Source of the DNA: Chiloscyllium plagiosum
Lineage: Eukaryota
Reading direction: 5' to 3'
DNA: 64,000 bases
Assembly: GCF_004010195.1 (NCBI RefSeq)
Contig: NC_057719.1
Span: forward strand, 64,798,819-64,862,818
The notes under the pieces are model-generated. The model was given only the letters and a program-made list of their open reading frames with translations, had not been told where the DNA came from and made no database searches. Positions 1 to 13,899 of this stretch are shown piece by piece (the stretch's first letter is position 1; each line of letters starts with the position of its first letter). The translations under genes and the position numbers were made by a program.

Positions 1-1607
1 TCACTATACAACTCTATTTGTAGAAAATGTGACCTTGTACACTCTGGCATGAAGAATAAAAAGGCACAATATTTTTATGTGTATATGTTTTGTTCGAGTT
101 ATTGACTTGATAATTTCAAGGTTCTTTAAACTTAAGCTAAGTTGTAAAAGTATGAATTAAAATGTTTTGTTGAGATGGTCTGAATGAATTGCATTTCCGC
201 ATATTAAAAGCAATTAAGGAAGAGTTAGTATGGAGACATATGATACCTTTATTTTGTGTAGCAAGGGCAATAGAATCAGCCCGTGAAATTATACAGTTGG
301 TGTAACCTATGTAGTACATAAGATAATGAATTCCTTAATCAAAAATTTAAAAAAGATGTAGAACAGGTGACAACAAGAATACTAGTGTGAGGATGAATGC
401 TGTAGATTTGAGTGAGAAAAGTAGATTTGTGTTCCATAGAACTGCTGTCAGTAATCTGCCTGAAGATTGGCAGAAATCTGTTAGCGGACAACTTTCTGAG
501 CTCTTGAAATTCAAGACCTTGGTATCCACAGTCATGATGGTAGCAGGTTGACCTTGCATGGTAAAAAGGCAAACTTGAATAGCTTAAATCTGCTCTTCCA
601 CTCCAGAATTGAAATGCCAGCTGGCTGCTGCTTGTGCTGCATTTGAAACTGTAACATTGTCTGTCAGATGTTACATCATTGTTGAGTCACTCTGTTCTCA
701 TGGAGTTGGCCATCACTTCCATCCTGGGAAGGGTAGGCTCTCTATGGTCTGTGCAAATACCGTGTGTTAGGTTGGTGCCAGCCTCCTCCTTCACGTGCCT
801 TGAGAATGACAACAGGCTTTCTGACAGGACTACCAAGACACCAAGAATGTCTATATGCATTTCCATCTATCAGCCTTCTCTGTATGCTGTGCTATTGAAA
901 TCATCATCTGAGATTGCTACAGTAGATTCCATGTGCAACTTGGCCCTTTCTGGAGATCGTATCCCTGGGATCCTTTCCTGACGACTGAAGGTTACTTGTG
1001 CCCAAAGCCATGTGCACATCTTGCCTTTTTGTCACACTAAGTGAAAGCGGTTTAGACAGATGATTTGCTTTAAGAATGTTCATGTGGCATGATTTCCAAG
1101 ACATTGAACGCTATTTCTGTTACCCAGTATTTCATAGCTGACAGCTTTAACAGCAGCAGGTGAGCAACTTTTGTGCCTCTGCATTATTTTCTGATGAGGG
1201 AAGAGAAGGATCCACAAAAGATTTCTCCACTTGTGCCCGGGCACACTCAACTCTGGGGTGAATAAATTAGTCATGTGGGACTCTGACTGAGGTGGCAGAT
1301 CAAGGAGTCAGGACCGGGAGTGCCTTGAGAATCTCAACTTCTGGGTGGACATTTTCTGTCTTCCCTCTCGTGGTTCACCTACATTTCCCTACTAGTCAAG
1401 AGTTGGAAACTAGATTGCAGTTCAGTATGGCACTGAGTAATAAGGTAAGGTTTTCTCCAAAGTGGTTCTAATCGTAATGGCCCTCTCTCTGGGCAAGAAC
1501 GTTTGTGTTCAATTCCCAATTAGCTTGGAGATTTCTTATAACATGCCAAAGCAGGTTGATTAAAAATAATTAACAACTGAATTAATTGATAACTCCTTAT
1601 TAAGAGA

Positions 1608-2178
1608 CATAGAGTCATAGAAATGTACAGCACAGAAATAGACCCTTTTGTTCAACCAGGTATCCTAACCTAATCTAGTTCCATTTGCCAGCACTTGGCC
1701 CATGTCCCTCTTAACCCTTCCTATTCATATACTCATCCAGATGCCTTTTAAATGCTGTAATTGTACCAGCCTCCACCACTTCCTCTGCAGCTCTTTCCAT
1801 ACGCACACCACCCTCTGTGTGAAAACATTGCCCCTTAGGACCCTTTTAAATCTTTCCCTTCTCACCATAAACCTATGCCCTCTAGTTCTGGATTCCCCCA
1901 CCCCATGGAAATAAAACCTTGTCTATTTATCTTATCTATGCCCCTCATGATTTTATAAATCACTACGAGGTCACCCCTCAAACTCCGACACTCCAGGGAA
2001 AACAGCCCCAGCCTCTCCCTATAGCTCAAACTCTCCAACCCTGGCAACATCCTTGTAAATCTTTTCTGAACTCTTTCAAGTTTCACAACATCCTTCCTAT
2101 AGGAGGGAGACCACAATTGCACGCAATATTCCAAAAGTGGCCCTAACCAATGTTCTATACAGCCAGAACATGACCTCA
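1608..2178 (-). mobile_element. CR1 LINE 3' fragment (RT C-terminus plus 3' UTR), young subfamily
   Basis: ORF 1862..2179(-) has LEYCVQLWSPSYRKDVVKLERVQKRFTRMLPGL and LRGDL..YKIMRG, the CR1 ORF2 C-terminus; ends in a CTATGACT-type tail. Confidence 0.93.
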
Positions 2179-4149
2179 TAATTTTTACTTCATTGTAATA
2201 GGATGATGTAACTGAATTATTTGATCAATACACAGCAGTATGAGTCTGGCAGAAACTAATGGAAACATGAAGTCCAAATCAGGATAGGTGAGCATCAATT
2301 AGCATGTTCATAAAAAGGGCATCCCATATTAGATGTACTAAGTGTATTAATGAGAGTGTTTTTCCACCTAGAGAGTTTTATAGACATGTGCAGGTCTCTG
2401 GTCAGGACATGTATGGACTCAAGTACCTGCTGCATCTGATGTTCAATTCAGGGGACCATTATTTAAAGGACAGAGACATCAAGGAAGTCTCAGAGCCCTC
2501 CAATCTCTTTCCAATTATGTAATACCTCTTGAAATACAAGCTGAATCTCTCATGTTTTCTGCTAATACTCCAGAATTATCCAGTTTTTGATGACCCCCAC
2601 ATGGTTCTTCCTCAGGTTGTGTGACCCCATTTGATGATTCTTTGGGCTGCTGTCCATCTTTAGCATCATACTTGTTGGACCTGTTGGAGATTAAAGACAT
2701 GATTATGAGCTGACTGGGAGAAAGTGTTTTGCAATGTCATTGTTCAGATGATTATATTTCAGTCATAGGTAACACCAACAATGTGAATAATACCTAATTC
2801 TGTCACACTATATCTAAGTGAATTCTAGCTCCCCATTGCCAATTGCCTGCACTTCAATTGTCAACTGATTTAAAAAGAGTTATCCACCACCACCAAAGAG
2901 TTAAAGTGGCTATTATTGGAGGGCTATCACCGAGGTGTCTCTTCTGAAGTTTTATGCACACATTTCTTTGTAAGTACAGAATTGCAAGAGTTATGAATAT
3001 AAAAGTTGCGCTGTGATAAAAGAAGGTGGAGGGTGATTACAAAGGTAAGGTGTGAGTGGGACAAAGATGAGCAATATAGTGTCACAATGTATTGTACCAC
3101 AAGCTGTGATTTAGTGGAATATCTACAGTCAGTGTCTGAACCTTTACCAATCTAGCGCATGAAGTTCAGAATAATGTAAGGAGGGTCAATGTGCTGGAAA
3201 TTATTATAGATTCATTTTCCAGGCAGCACATGAGTGTCTGAGTTTATAAAACATTATGTGTAGAAAAGCACCCCCATTAATAAACTGAGTATGTCTATGA
3301 TGGGATGCACTTGATATGAACATGTTAATTTATGCTTAATATATCCTCGATATGGACTTGATGGTTACATTACTTCCTGCTAGACTCATTCTACAGTGTA
3401 TTGATCAGATAATTTAGTTACATTATCCCATCACTATCAAGTCTAAATAATATACCTTAATAAGGAGTTATCAATGATTTAATAAGGAGTTATATACTTT
3501 TTAAAAATCAAACTGTTTGGATATATTTTAACAAACTTTTCAGGCAATTGGGAATTGAACCGAGATCTTCTTGTCCAGCAAGAGAGCCACAACCACGAGA
3601 ACCACAAAACCCTCTTAATCATAAGTTATATACTTGCGAGCAGGTTTCTGAGAAAATTAGTCTGTGCAGCAGCTGCAAATTGGCCAATATTTGACTGGTG
3701 TCAAAGAAACCCATTCACCTAAAAGGTCCATAGGCCCTGCTAGTTTCAGACTTCATTGGAATGCTACAAGTGCTGACTGTAGGCTTTTGTGAGAGTTGCT
3801 GGTGAATTGCATTTACAGGGTTTTATGGAAATATTATGTCAGGTGGCACTTTGCAATTATATTCTATCTAGGAAAATCTTGTCCAACAAAACAGCATTGA
3901 GTTAAATCAACTGGTGGTCAACCTACATATTTAGAATCCAACAAAATCATTTTAGTTCAATGTGTGTATTTTACTGTTAAAATATAATTTTACCATCTTT
4001 GCCGATGCATAGTAATTTTTGGAATGATATTGGTTTAATACTTTAGTATCTTAAAGGGTGCAAGGATTAATTTCTGTGTAACTATTCCTTGGCTGTCCAT
4101 GGAAAGGTTACATATTAGAAGCACACATGTGATGGACTCCAATACTCCA

Positions 4150-4672
4150 TTCAATTCTGGTCTCCCTGCCATAGGAAAGATGTTTTGAAACTCAAAAGGG
4201 TTCAGAAAAGATTTACAAGGATGTTGCCAGGGTTGGAAGGTTTGAGCTATATGGAGTCGCTGTACAGGCTGGGCCTGTTTTCTCTGGAGCGTCAGAGGAT
4301 GAATATAAAGTTAGAAGTTTATAAAATCATGGGGGCATGGACAGGGTGAATAGCCAAGGTCATTTCCCCAGGTAGGGGAATGCAAAACTAGAGGGCATAG
4401 ATTTAAGGTGAGAGGGGAAATATTTAAAAGGAACCGAAAGGGCAACTTTTACATGCAGAGGGTGGTGCATGCATGGAATGAGCTGCCAGAGGATGTGGTG
4501 GAGGCTGGCACAATTACAATGTTTAAAAGGCAGCTAAATGTATATATGAATATGAAGGGTTTAGAGGGATATGGGCCAAATGCTGGCAAATGAGACTAGA
4601 TTAATTTAGGATATCTGGTTGGTATGGACAAGTTGGACTAAAGGGTTTGTTTCTATGCTGTTTGATTCATTG
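4150..4672 (+). mobile_element. CR1 LINE 3' fragment
   Basis: RVQKRFTRMLPGL coding remnant; ORF 4408..4593 QRVVHAWNELPEDVVEAGTITMFKRQL; CR1-type 3' UTR. Confidence 0.92.
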
Positions 4673-4817
4673 AGGTGTTTGACCTTCAGTATAATGATTT
4701 GTCGCAAACTCTATGCTCCATAAGCTTTTATTTAAGTTTAAGCAAAAATTTAAACTTCTTGTTCCAAATTTATAAATTATCATAGCCTCACTGAGTTTCC
4801 ATTGAAATCTCAGAAAA

Positions 4818-5182
4818 CTTTTTTTTATTCATTCATGGGATGAGGATGTCACTGGCTAGGCCAGCAATTTATTGCCCATCCCTAATTGCCTAGAGAGCAG
4901 TTAAAAGTCAACCATGTGACTGTGTGGGTCTGGAGTCACATGTAGGCCAGACCAGGTAAGAATGGCTGTTTCCTTCCATGAAGGACATTAGTGAACCAGA
5001 TGGGCTTTTCCAACAATCAACAATGGATTCATGGTCATCATTAGACCCTTAATTCCAGGCTCTTTGTTGAATTCAAATTCCACCATCTGCCATGGTGGGA
5101 TTCGAACTCGGGTCCCCAGAACGTGACCTGGGTCTCTTGATTAATAGTCCAGTGATAATATCATTAAGCCATCACCTCCTCT
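4818..5182 (-). mobile_element. tRNA-derived SINE
   Basis: On the minus strand, an A-box-like TGGCTTAATG and B-box GTTCGAATCCC at the 5' end; LINE-like 3' tail ending ...CATCCCATGAATGAATAAAAAAAA. Confidence 0.8.
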
Positions 5183-6217
5183 TTAATTATTTAGTAATTT
5201 CCTCAAAGCACATTATTACAGTGGTCTGAATGGTTAGATCTACTGTCTGTTCTCATAATGTTGTGGTTAGAATAAATATTTTGTTTCAGCTTATTTAATA
5301 GGAGTCATCCAAAATGCAATTACTGTATTAATGAAACCTCAAGTGATGACACAATTTATATCTGAAACATTAAGCTCTTAAACTTTACCGCATCACCTCC
5401 ATTTATTAGTATTCAATCCTCGCGTAACGCAGCTACAACTTCATCATTTCCCTTACTTTGTTATTCTGTGCCTGTTGAATTTATCAGCTCATTGTTACTA
5501 TTATCATCCTTCATCTTTTTTTTCCTATTTTCAAATATCAAAATTTCATTTATAGTTAAAACTCATTTGGAAGAGTTAACCATGAATAGTATTTCTCGGT
5601 GGCAGTCTCTTAATGCAATTTGGGAAACTAACAAGTTAACCACTTGCTCATGTAGAAAGACCACTACCAGAACTCCTACCTCAAGATGTTATCGCATTAT
5701 GTCAAAGAGTTTCTAAATGTTCTATTCTGCACCTTTGGGTGGATTACTGTTACTGTTGAGGAGGCTGCACTTTATCTCTATCTTCCCTCCAGAATGGGAA
5801 CCTTAGAATTTTAGCTGAATAGATTCTAGAACGTTGTCCTTGTTCCTTGTAAAAACTAGATAATTACTTTGCATGGCAGTCAGTTCCAAAAGTCTCAGCG
5901 GTCCCCTGAAGTGGAAATGCATCACTAACTGCATTTCCTGGATTTTGTTCCCTCTCACATTCATACAGTGGAGGGATTAGAAGAAGAATATAGTCTTAAA
6001 ATGTCCATTGATCATCTCATAGAGCTGAGGGACTCCTGCTGAGTATTCACGGGAATCTGGAGATTCTGGGTTAGTGATGTTATTGAAAAGTTTTATCCTG
6101 AGAGATGAGATTTAAAGGAAATGATTTTCAACATAATGATCACTTGACATCCAATAATTGTAGTTAATTCTTAATGACTACAGTCAATACGAAAATGCAA
6201 AGTTTATTGTAATTGTA

Positions 6218-6390
6218 ACAAAATCAGAAATTGCCAGAGAAACTCAGCAGGTCTGGCAATATCTGTAGAAAGAAAGCAGAGTTAATGTTTCAAGTCTGGT
6301 GAACCTCCATCAGAATCACACATGCTGCCAGACCTGCTGAGTTTCTCCAGCGATTTCTGTTTTTCTTTCAGATCTCCAGAATCTGCATTG
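6218..6390. mobile_element. Short inverted-repeat element, probably Penelope pLTR-derived
   Basis: Arms GAGAAACTCAGCAGGTCTGGCA and TGCCAGACCTGCTGAGTTTCTC are reverse complements; degenerate CTGATGG...GAAAC hammerhead-like core on the minus strand; related pieces near 9205-9300 and 56550-56660. Confidence 0.6.
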
Positions 6391-6998
6391 CTCCTTACTA
6401 TTTTATTGTAGTTTTAGTTCTTAAAAGGTTGAAAAATCTTGTTGAATCTTTCTAATTTGCATCCTTGTAAGTAAGAACTCTTTATAATATTTTCAGGTTC
6501 CTCTATTCTTGGAACCATTAGCCTTTTTAAAATGAAATGTAGCTTCACATAGCACCTTTGTATTATGATCAGTGCTTTCTACTTGACTTTGTGATTTCTG
6601 TTTAAAACACTGCAGGGACTTAAGGTAAATGGTGACTTATTATAATAGCAGGCATGGACATTAATAATTCACATCCTGTATCAAAGTGACAATGTTGCTG
6701 AAGTAGCCTAGGTTACTGACTATAGATGATAATACCAGTCCTTCAAAAATGCAGTACTCAGTGATTGCTCTCTGCTTAGTTTTTTAATGGCATTATGATT
6801 TATTGTTTAAAATATGAACAAAAAAAGGGTATCATAAAATAATCATGATTCCTTGTGGTGAAAAATTATGTGGCCGTTAATGCCCTTCAGGCTATGGTTG
6901 GATTCCATCTTAGAAACAAGTAGAAGGAGTCAGAAAGAAATTCCTGCTCGCCATATCCACTTTGGGAAAATGTGGTTCCTGACGTACAATTCTTGTTG

Positions 6999-7264
6999 AA
7001 AATGTGTTGCTGGAAAAGCGCACCAGGTCAGGCAGCATCCAAGGAACAGGAGAATCGACGTTTCGGGCATAAGCCCTTCTTTAGGAATGAGGAAAGTGTG
7101 TCCAGCAGGCTAAGATAAAAGGTAGGGAGGAGGGACTTGGGGGAGGGGCGTTGGAATTGCGATAGGTAGAGGGAGGTCAAGGTGAGGGTGATAGGCCGGA
7201 GTGGGGTGGGGGCGAACACATTTTCAGCTCTGATCTCCAGCATCTGCAGTCCTCACTTTCTCCT
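6999..7264. mobile_element. Penelope-like pLTR fragment with partial inversion and 16-bp TSD
   Basis: Flanked by exact direct repeat CGTACAATTCTTGTTG (6983-6998 and 7265-7280); same pLTR sequence that follows the GIY-YIG ORF at 30.3-31.1 kb. Confidence 0.85.
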
Positions 7265-9368
7265 CGTACAATTCTTGTTGTCAGGGGAGAGTGTGGTCTG
7301 CTGTTGGGTCAGTCAATTCAGAAAGTGTTCTCATTTTCTCCCAGTTATAATAAACCCCAGTCACTCACCCCCACCTTCCCATTCGTGCCACCTCCTACAC
7401 CTTTGCCCACTCCCTCTGTCCCATGGCTCCTCCATGTTTTCATTCAGTGGGTAGTTTGGGTCTGGAATGCACTGCCCGGAAATGTGGTGCAGGCAGATTC
7501 AGTTGACGCATGCTAAATGTCATTGGATGATCATTTAAATCGACATACTATGTGGAGGGTTTTGTGAAAAAGCCAAGAAATTGGCACTAAGTTAAAGTAC
7601 TGAGATAGCTAGTATAGTCATGATAGGCCAAATGGCTTGCACCACAACAATTCTGTGTCAGAGATTATGGAGCCAGAATTGTCAATTGAACATTTTTTTT
7701 TCTGTCTGGGGCTCAGCTGTTTCAACAGTTTAATGTTGCCGGAGCTCTCAGCTACAGGTTCTGGGTAATTGACATTTTTATTGGCCTATACTGAAAAGAA
7801 ATTTCTTTTAAGACTGTGGAATGAATGCCTTTTATTAAGTGTTTTACCACCCTGACTCATTGGCTGTATACTGTGGAAATTCCATGAACCTGGCAAGGGG
7901 AGTAAGAAAAGAATGGGATTAGGTCAAGGAACGTATGTTAGTGTTGGGATATTCGGATCCATATCGCATGGTGGAAGGGCATGATATGAGGGATGTGTGG
8001 GGATCATAGCTTGCCTTTTTGGTCTGAGAGGGCTCGTGGGTTATTACGAAGGTGTAGCTTGGCATAGGAATATGATGCCCCATGGGCTTTGGGAGCATAG
8101 CAATGCATGGATATAAAATGCATGGCAAGTGGTGGAGAGCCATAGCTTGTCATGGGGGTCGTAAATAAGATCTTTTTAACTTACCTTTCAGAAGATTTCC
8201 TCATACAGACTATGGTTCATGACATCCCAGAGGAGCAGGGAACCATGAGTTGTTTAAAAGCTGGCCCAACTCCAAGAAAATTGCTAATGATTAGGAAATG
8301 CCTACCCCCACAATGAAACTAGCCACTTTGGGAATTCATGTTGTTAACTCACAACCCAAAGCCATTAATGATGCAAATGAAAATTGGAAAACTGAGCAAC
8401 AGGATTGCGAATCCTGGAATCAGGTCCTGGACTCCATTTTCACACTTGCTCAGCGTTTCCTCAACTGTATTTCAAAATATATGTCCAAATGAGATTAATA
8501 TTTTACACTTCCAAAGGGTTGATTAAGCAAGTCACCCTTAGCCTCATCTATTTATTTTATGAATGAAATATTCACTAACGTTAAAAAAAGTATTTAGTAT
8601 AAATGTGAAATAATATTTTTTGTATTCACGTGTTAGACTTAAGCAAAAGATAAATTAATTCCTGTTGGCTGAGCACCACATGTAATTTCTGGCACTACCT
8701 TAAACATTTTCCATCTTGCTTCATACCCTGCTATGTCAGTCATTCCTTACCTTGCAAATTAGTTACATATGTCTTCCAATTCTTCTAAGCTGTCTGAAAA
8801 GTGATAAGACTTTGCATTTTGGAAACTGGGAGAATCCCAGTAACATGATTGCAATTAGGATCTTGCTGTGCTATGGTATAATTCTGTGTATATGTGTGTA
8901 AAAGTTCATGAAATATTTTTGACTGAACTACAGTCAAAAACAGTATTGAAAAGAAAACCTAACTTTATGTATATAAGTATATGATACTTGAATAATCGGT
9001 ACTGTAGAGGGAAATCTGTTGATGTTGCAGTCTGCAAAGAAAAAGAAAATCCCTCCACTCATGAAAACAAGAACTTGGATGTTAAACATACACATAATAA
9101 TGGACAGATCTAAATTATTTAATTTTAATGGTGGAATATTGAATTGCATTTAAGGCCACCAGACTGTATACATTTTCAACAGAGGTCGACATGTAGAAGG
9201 CTCTTAAGAAGAGTCAGAGGACCTAAAAGATTATCTCTGGTTTCTCTCCACAGATGCTGCTAGACCTGCTGAGTTTCTCCAGCAATTTCTCTCTCCTGCA
9301 GTCGTTAGGTTCAAACTTGATGATCAGTAAATAGGTCTATTACCTATAAGTTAATAACATTTACATTA

Positions 9369-9600
9369 TGAAATGACTCCACAGAGGCTGGTGTCCTGTC
9401 ATCAAGTCACCCTCTATTTATTAGTGGAGAGCCCTTGACACTGATCCAGCTCCCTCAGAGCCAGCTCTCACAGTGAATAGGATGTCTGATACTTCTGTTT
9501 GCATTTGTCAGCCAGGGCTCTCTGGACCAGATTATCAACCCCCATCAGGGAACTCATATTCTATGATGTCTATCTGACTGACCTCGTTCCAATCACTATA
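9369..9600 (-). repeat. 3' LTR of the Gypsy element
   Basis: Shares blocks such as CAGGGAACTCATATTCTATGA and CAATCACT with 11252-11472; preceded by the PPT on the minus strand. Confidence 0.9.
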
Positions 9601-11251
9601 TCCCTCCCCCTCTGAGTCTGAGGACATAGGCTGGTGCTTTTTGTTTGGATGTTTTAGCACTGGGTCAGGTTCTTCCAACTCTGCCTCTGATGTGGGCAGT
9701 GTGTAATGCACATTGGTTCGCCTCTTGCGCCCAGAGCATCTCAGAAGAAATTTATTTTCTTCTTCAGGCAGCAAAGGCATCGAGGCAGTAGCATCTGCCA
9801 TGTCCATCTTAGATTCCGAGTTATCGTCAACACTCGACAGAGTGGGTTCCAGAATAGTCGAAAAGGTAGTTGAGGAGCCAGGCATATTTCGCTCCCTCAC
9901 CAGTTGTGAGTTTGCAGCTTTCATATGGTCCACACGCCTGTTCAGGACCATCTCATCTAGCCGAACTTAATATGTCACTTGACCTGACCTCTGGTTGACC
10001 ATGCCTCTTACCCATGCAGTGCCATTGCCATGGTTCTTACACCAAACTTCAATTTACACCCAGACGTAAACTGTCTTTCTTGCTTAGCAGAGTCTTGTAT
10101 CTGACATTGCATTCCTGATACTGTTTCATCACCTTCCCCAGGTCCGGGAAGGTCACTTTAACCTGGTGCAGAGTCTTCTCCCCATTAGCAACTCTGCTGG
10201 AGCTATCCAGCAGAGTGGTTGTATAAGGGGTGGTCCAATAATCAAACGGGAACCAGAACAATTTGCGTTCAAAACATTGGATGATGGATGATATGAAGTT
10301 GTTCTTATTTATCGAATGCCATTAAACTATAGGAAATACCCAAATTCCATGCTGGTAAATGATGGCCCGTTATCTCCCCAACACTTATAGAAGCCTGGGT
10401 ACTGCAGTTTTTTCTATTTTCATCTGCGTGTTTATCAAATGAAGTCTATGCACATTCAGTCATTTTGAGTGTGCATCCACAATGACTAAGAACATTGAGA
10501 AGGATCTGCATAGAATCTGGTGGTGACCTTTACTTGGGACAGTCACTCTTACTCCCCATAATAGGCCATCCTCTACTATGATCTGGTCTCTCCTGGTCCA
10601 AAAAGGTTTCAATTTTGATTGTGACCACCCTTTTGATTCCCCCATTGCCACCAGTTTTTCCAGGACCAGATCTTTCTGCTTCCAAAGTCCAATATTGTCA
10701 ACTGTGACTGGAATTGTGTCCAGAAAATTAAAAACCTTTGCAGACTTTTCCAGTGGTGGTACTAACAGTGGTGTATCTGCCAACAGGAGGTAACTCAATG
10801 CATCAGCATTTGCACTTTGGCCTCCCAGACAGTGTTCCAACTTATAGTTATACACACTTAGTATTAGAGCCTAGCGTGGAATTTGGCTTGACGGTATGGA
10901 TGGCATTGCCTTGTCCTTTTTCAGTAGACCTAGCTGGGGTTTGTGGTCTGTTTATTATTACAAGTTTACATCCGTAAACTTGAAAGGTTCCTAAAATCAG
11001 GCTTCTAATAATCAAAAAAGCTGTGGGTCCACAAACTGTCAAAAGACTTACACGTTGCTTTTCATCTGCCTAATGTAATTTGTGAAAAAATATAATGCAT
11101 TCTTTCCACATACTGGACCCAGTCTACAATGGCAGGATCGAACAAGTTAAGTTTCCCAAACAAGGATACAATGCCATAAATGCTTACCTTAACTCAAAGA
11201 TGACTGTTGTGTGTAAATTTCTTCAGGTGAGTGCTTTTCTCTCATCACCAC

Positions 11252-11472
11252 TGAAATAACTCCATGGAGGCCGGTATCCCGTCAACAAGTCACCATTTAT
11301 TTACATGTGGAGAGTCCTTGACATTGATCCAACTCCCAGAGTGGGCAGAATCTTCAACACTCCTCTTTATATCTATCAGGCAGGGTTCACTGATTGAAGC
11401 AGGTTACCAGTCACAATCAGGGAACTCATATTCTATGAGGCCCAGCTGGCTGATCTCATGACAATCACTGCA
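11252..11472 (-). repeat. 5' LTR of the Gypsy element
   Basis: TG...CA termini on the minus strand, followed by the TGG-starting PBS. Confidence 0.9.
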
Positions 11473-12429
11473 CATTATGTCTGAGCTGCATGATTGCCTC
11501 TTATAAGACTATCAGGCTCAACTGAAGTTCAGTACACACTACTACTTTAGTTCTGTGCTGTTCGCACTGATCAGTCACTGAAGCACGCTGCAGCTTCTGA
11601 AGATCACATACAGAACTTATAGAAGACACAGACATCTCTGCTTAATTCTAGGAGCAGTCCTCTGTATTGTGATGAGTGGAGCTTATCAGTACCTGAAAGC
11701 TTAAATTAACTGTCCTATGCAAGAGTTATGTCAATTATAACTTATAATTTAGCCAATTATATGGTCTACAACATTACATGATTGACATGGGAAGGTGGGC
11801 TGAAATGGACGATTCATCTTTTGAGACCATATTGAAAAATGCCTGATAAGGAAAGGATTTACCTTACACATCAAGGACACATCCACTCACTTTGATTCTT
11901 ACAACCTGCCCTTCAAAACCCATGCTCCTTCCTGGATATTGGGGTCCCTCCCTAGGATGTGGTTAGTTCCAGTGGGCATGGCTGTTCTTCCTGCACCTCC
12001 TGGCAATCCCAGCAGTATCTACTGGTGAGCTTTGGCACTGCCAAGACTACTGCTTTACCAGCCGGTCAATTAGATTGACCAGCTGGTAAAATACTACTAC
12101 TTACATTTGCCCACCAGCAACATGCTATGGCTCTAGTGCAAGCTTCTTTCTGTTGCATTGGCTACTGGTTGACATTCCTCTGCCTTCCTTACCTATCTCC
12201 CCAAATCGAAGCAGAGAAAGCCTGAACCCACTTGTGTGACTACTCTAGGAAAAGGCTTTCAAAATCTCAAGATCATGAATTGAAAGCAACAGTTAATCCA
12301 AACTTTTAAGTGTGATTGAGAAGATATTTCACTCTGGTGTTTGAGTACTTTAAATTGATGCATATAGCTCATAGCAAGGTGATATAGTCATGCAGGAGTT
12401 ACCTTAGGAGTCCTCAATAATGACTCTGA

Positions 12430-13190
12430 ACTCCTTGCAGTCTTATGGCTTCAAGTAAAACAGGGACAAGGAAATCTCCTGCTGATTACTACATGCCCTC
12501 CTCCCTCATCTGATGAATCAGAACTCCTCCATGTCAAACAAGACTTGGCAAGGGTGCAAAATGTACTCTGGGTAAGGGATTTCAATATACAACAACAATG
12601 TTCAGCAGCAGCACTACTGATTAAGCTGGTCAGGTTCTATAGCTGCTGGGAATACCATCACCTGCAAATTCCCCTCCAACGTTCATCATCCTGACCGTCC
12701 CTTTACTGTTGCTGCATCAAAATCCTGGAATTTCCTCCCTAAGGACATTGTGAGTCAATCTATAGCACATGTAGTATTTCAAGAGGGCAGCTCACCATCA
12801 CCTTCTCAAGGGCAACTCGGGACAAGGTGGGGAACGGTGGCTCAGTGGTTAGCACTGCTGCCTCACAGCATGAGGGTCCCAGGTTCGATCCCAGCCTTGG
12901 GTGACTGTCTGTGTGGACTTTGCATATTCTCCCTGTGTCTGCGTGGGTTTCCTTCGGGTGCTCTGGTTTCCTCCCACAATCCAAAGATGTGCAGGTCAGG
13001 TGAATTGACCATGCTAAATTGCCCATAGTATTAGGTGTATTAGTCAGAGGGAAATGCGTCTGAGTGGGCTACTCTTTGGAGGGTCAGTGGGGACTGGTTG
13101 GGCCGAAGGGCCTGTTTCCACACTGTAGGGAATCTAATCTAATCTAAATGGTAGCCAGCCATCCGTGCCCACATCCCAAGAGTAAAAATG
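12430..13190 (+). mobile_element. Old LINE remnant (APE endonuclease fragment plus 3' end) interrupted by a SINE
   Basis: Decayed translation resembling QVKQGQGNLLLITT..PP and QNVLWV.DFN (APE domain); 3' tail related to the SINE tail at 4818-4890. Confidence 0.6.
12826..13146 (+). mobile_element. HE1-like V-SINE (tRNA head, V domain, CR1-derived tail)
   Basis: A box TGGCTCAGTGG, B box GGTTCGATCCC, V domain TTCTCCCTGTGTCTGCGTGGGTTTCC...CCTCCCACAATCCAAAGATGTGC, tail GGCCGAAGGGCCTGTTTCC then (AATCT)n. Confidence 0.9.
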
Positions 13191-13899
13191 TATTTTTACT
13201 GTGTGTTTCAAAATCTTTTGACTTTTGTGATATGATTGCTGAGTAAGTGAGGTAATATATTTGGGTGGTTGCATTACCCAAAACGCTACTTAGGTAATGT
13301 CTCCTACCCATCCTCTTCCTTTAACGAAAGAAAAAGCTTCTGTGCACTGATTTGGTAACGTTACTAGTTTTTTCAATAGTCTCTTTTGGAATTCAGAACA
13401 GTGGGAATGGATGTTAGAGCAGTTGCATTCTCCTCCTGTAGGATGTGGAAGGTAAGGGTCACTACTAGTGTTCCCACTGACTAGTGCACCCAACTCCAGC
13501 TTCTCGGAAACCACATTAGGGAACTGGAGCTGGAGCTGAATGAATGTCAGATCGTTTGGGAGGTGGAGGGAGTAATAAAGAGGAGTTACTGGGAGGTAGT
13601 CTTGCCTCAGGTACAGGAAAAAGGTAGGATGGATTACAGTCAGGGGATGGAAAAAGAACAGGCAGACAGTGCAGGGATCCCCTGTGGCTGTTCCCCTCAA
13701 TAATATGTATACCATTTTGAATAATGTTGGGGCGGGACGTCCTAGCAGGTGAAAGCCATAGTGGCCAGGTCTCTGGCACTGAGCATGGCTCTATGGCTCA
13801 GAAGGGAAGGGGGAGAATAGAAAAGCATGAGTGGTAGGAGACTCAATAGTTTGAGGAATGGACAGGAGATTCTGTGGTTGCAAGCGGGACTCCTGGCAG

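Larger units (their letters stand above)
9369..11472 (-). mobile_element. Internally deleted Ty3/Gypsy LTR retrotransposon (RNase H and integrase remnants, RT absent)
   Basis: LTRs 11252-11472 and 9369-9600; TSD CATTA at 9364-9368 and 11473-11477; PBS-like TGGTGATGAG just inside the 5' LTR; PPT AGAGGGGGAGGGA before the 3' LTR; peptides YNYKLEH...NADALS, FLVIVDAHSK and DNGPSFTS. Confidence 0.92.

Noticed and set aside
640..1380. Moderately GC-rich block with faint Myb/SANT-like words on the minus strand
   Set aside because: Too degenerate to classify; probably an old DNA-transposon relic, as may be 2280-2760, 7860-8330, 11860-12280 and 55450-55930
9535..9951. 138-aa ORF as a host gene
   Set aside because: It is the integrase C-terminal tail of the Gypsy element reading through the PPT into the 3' LTR
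11215..11232. TTCTTCAG|GTGAGT as a recursive splice site
   Set aside because: Short pyrimidine tract, inside a retrotransposon relic, expected by chance in 64 kb
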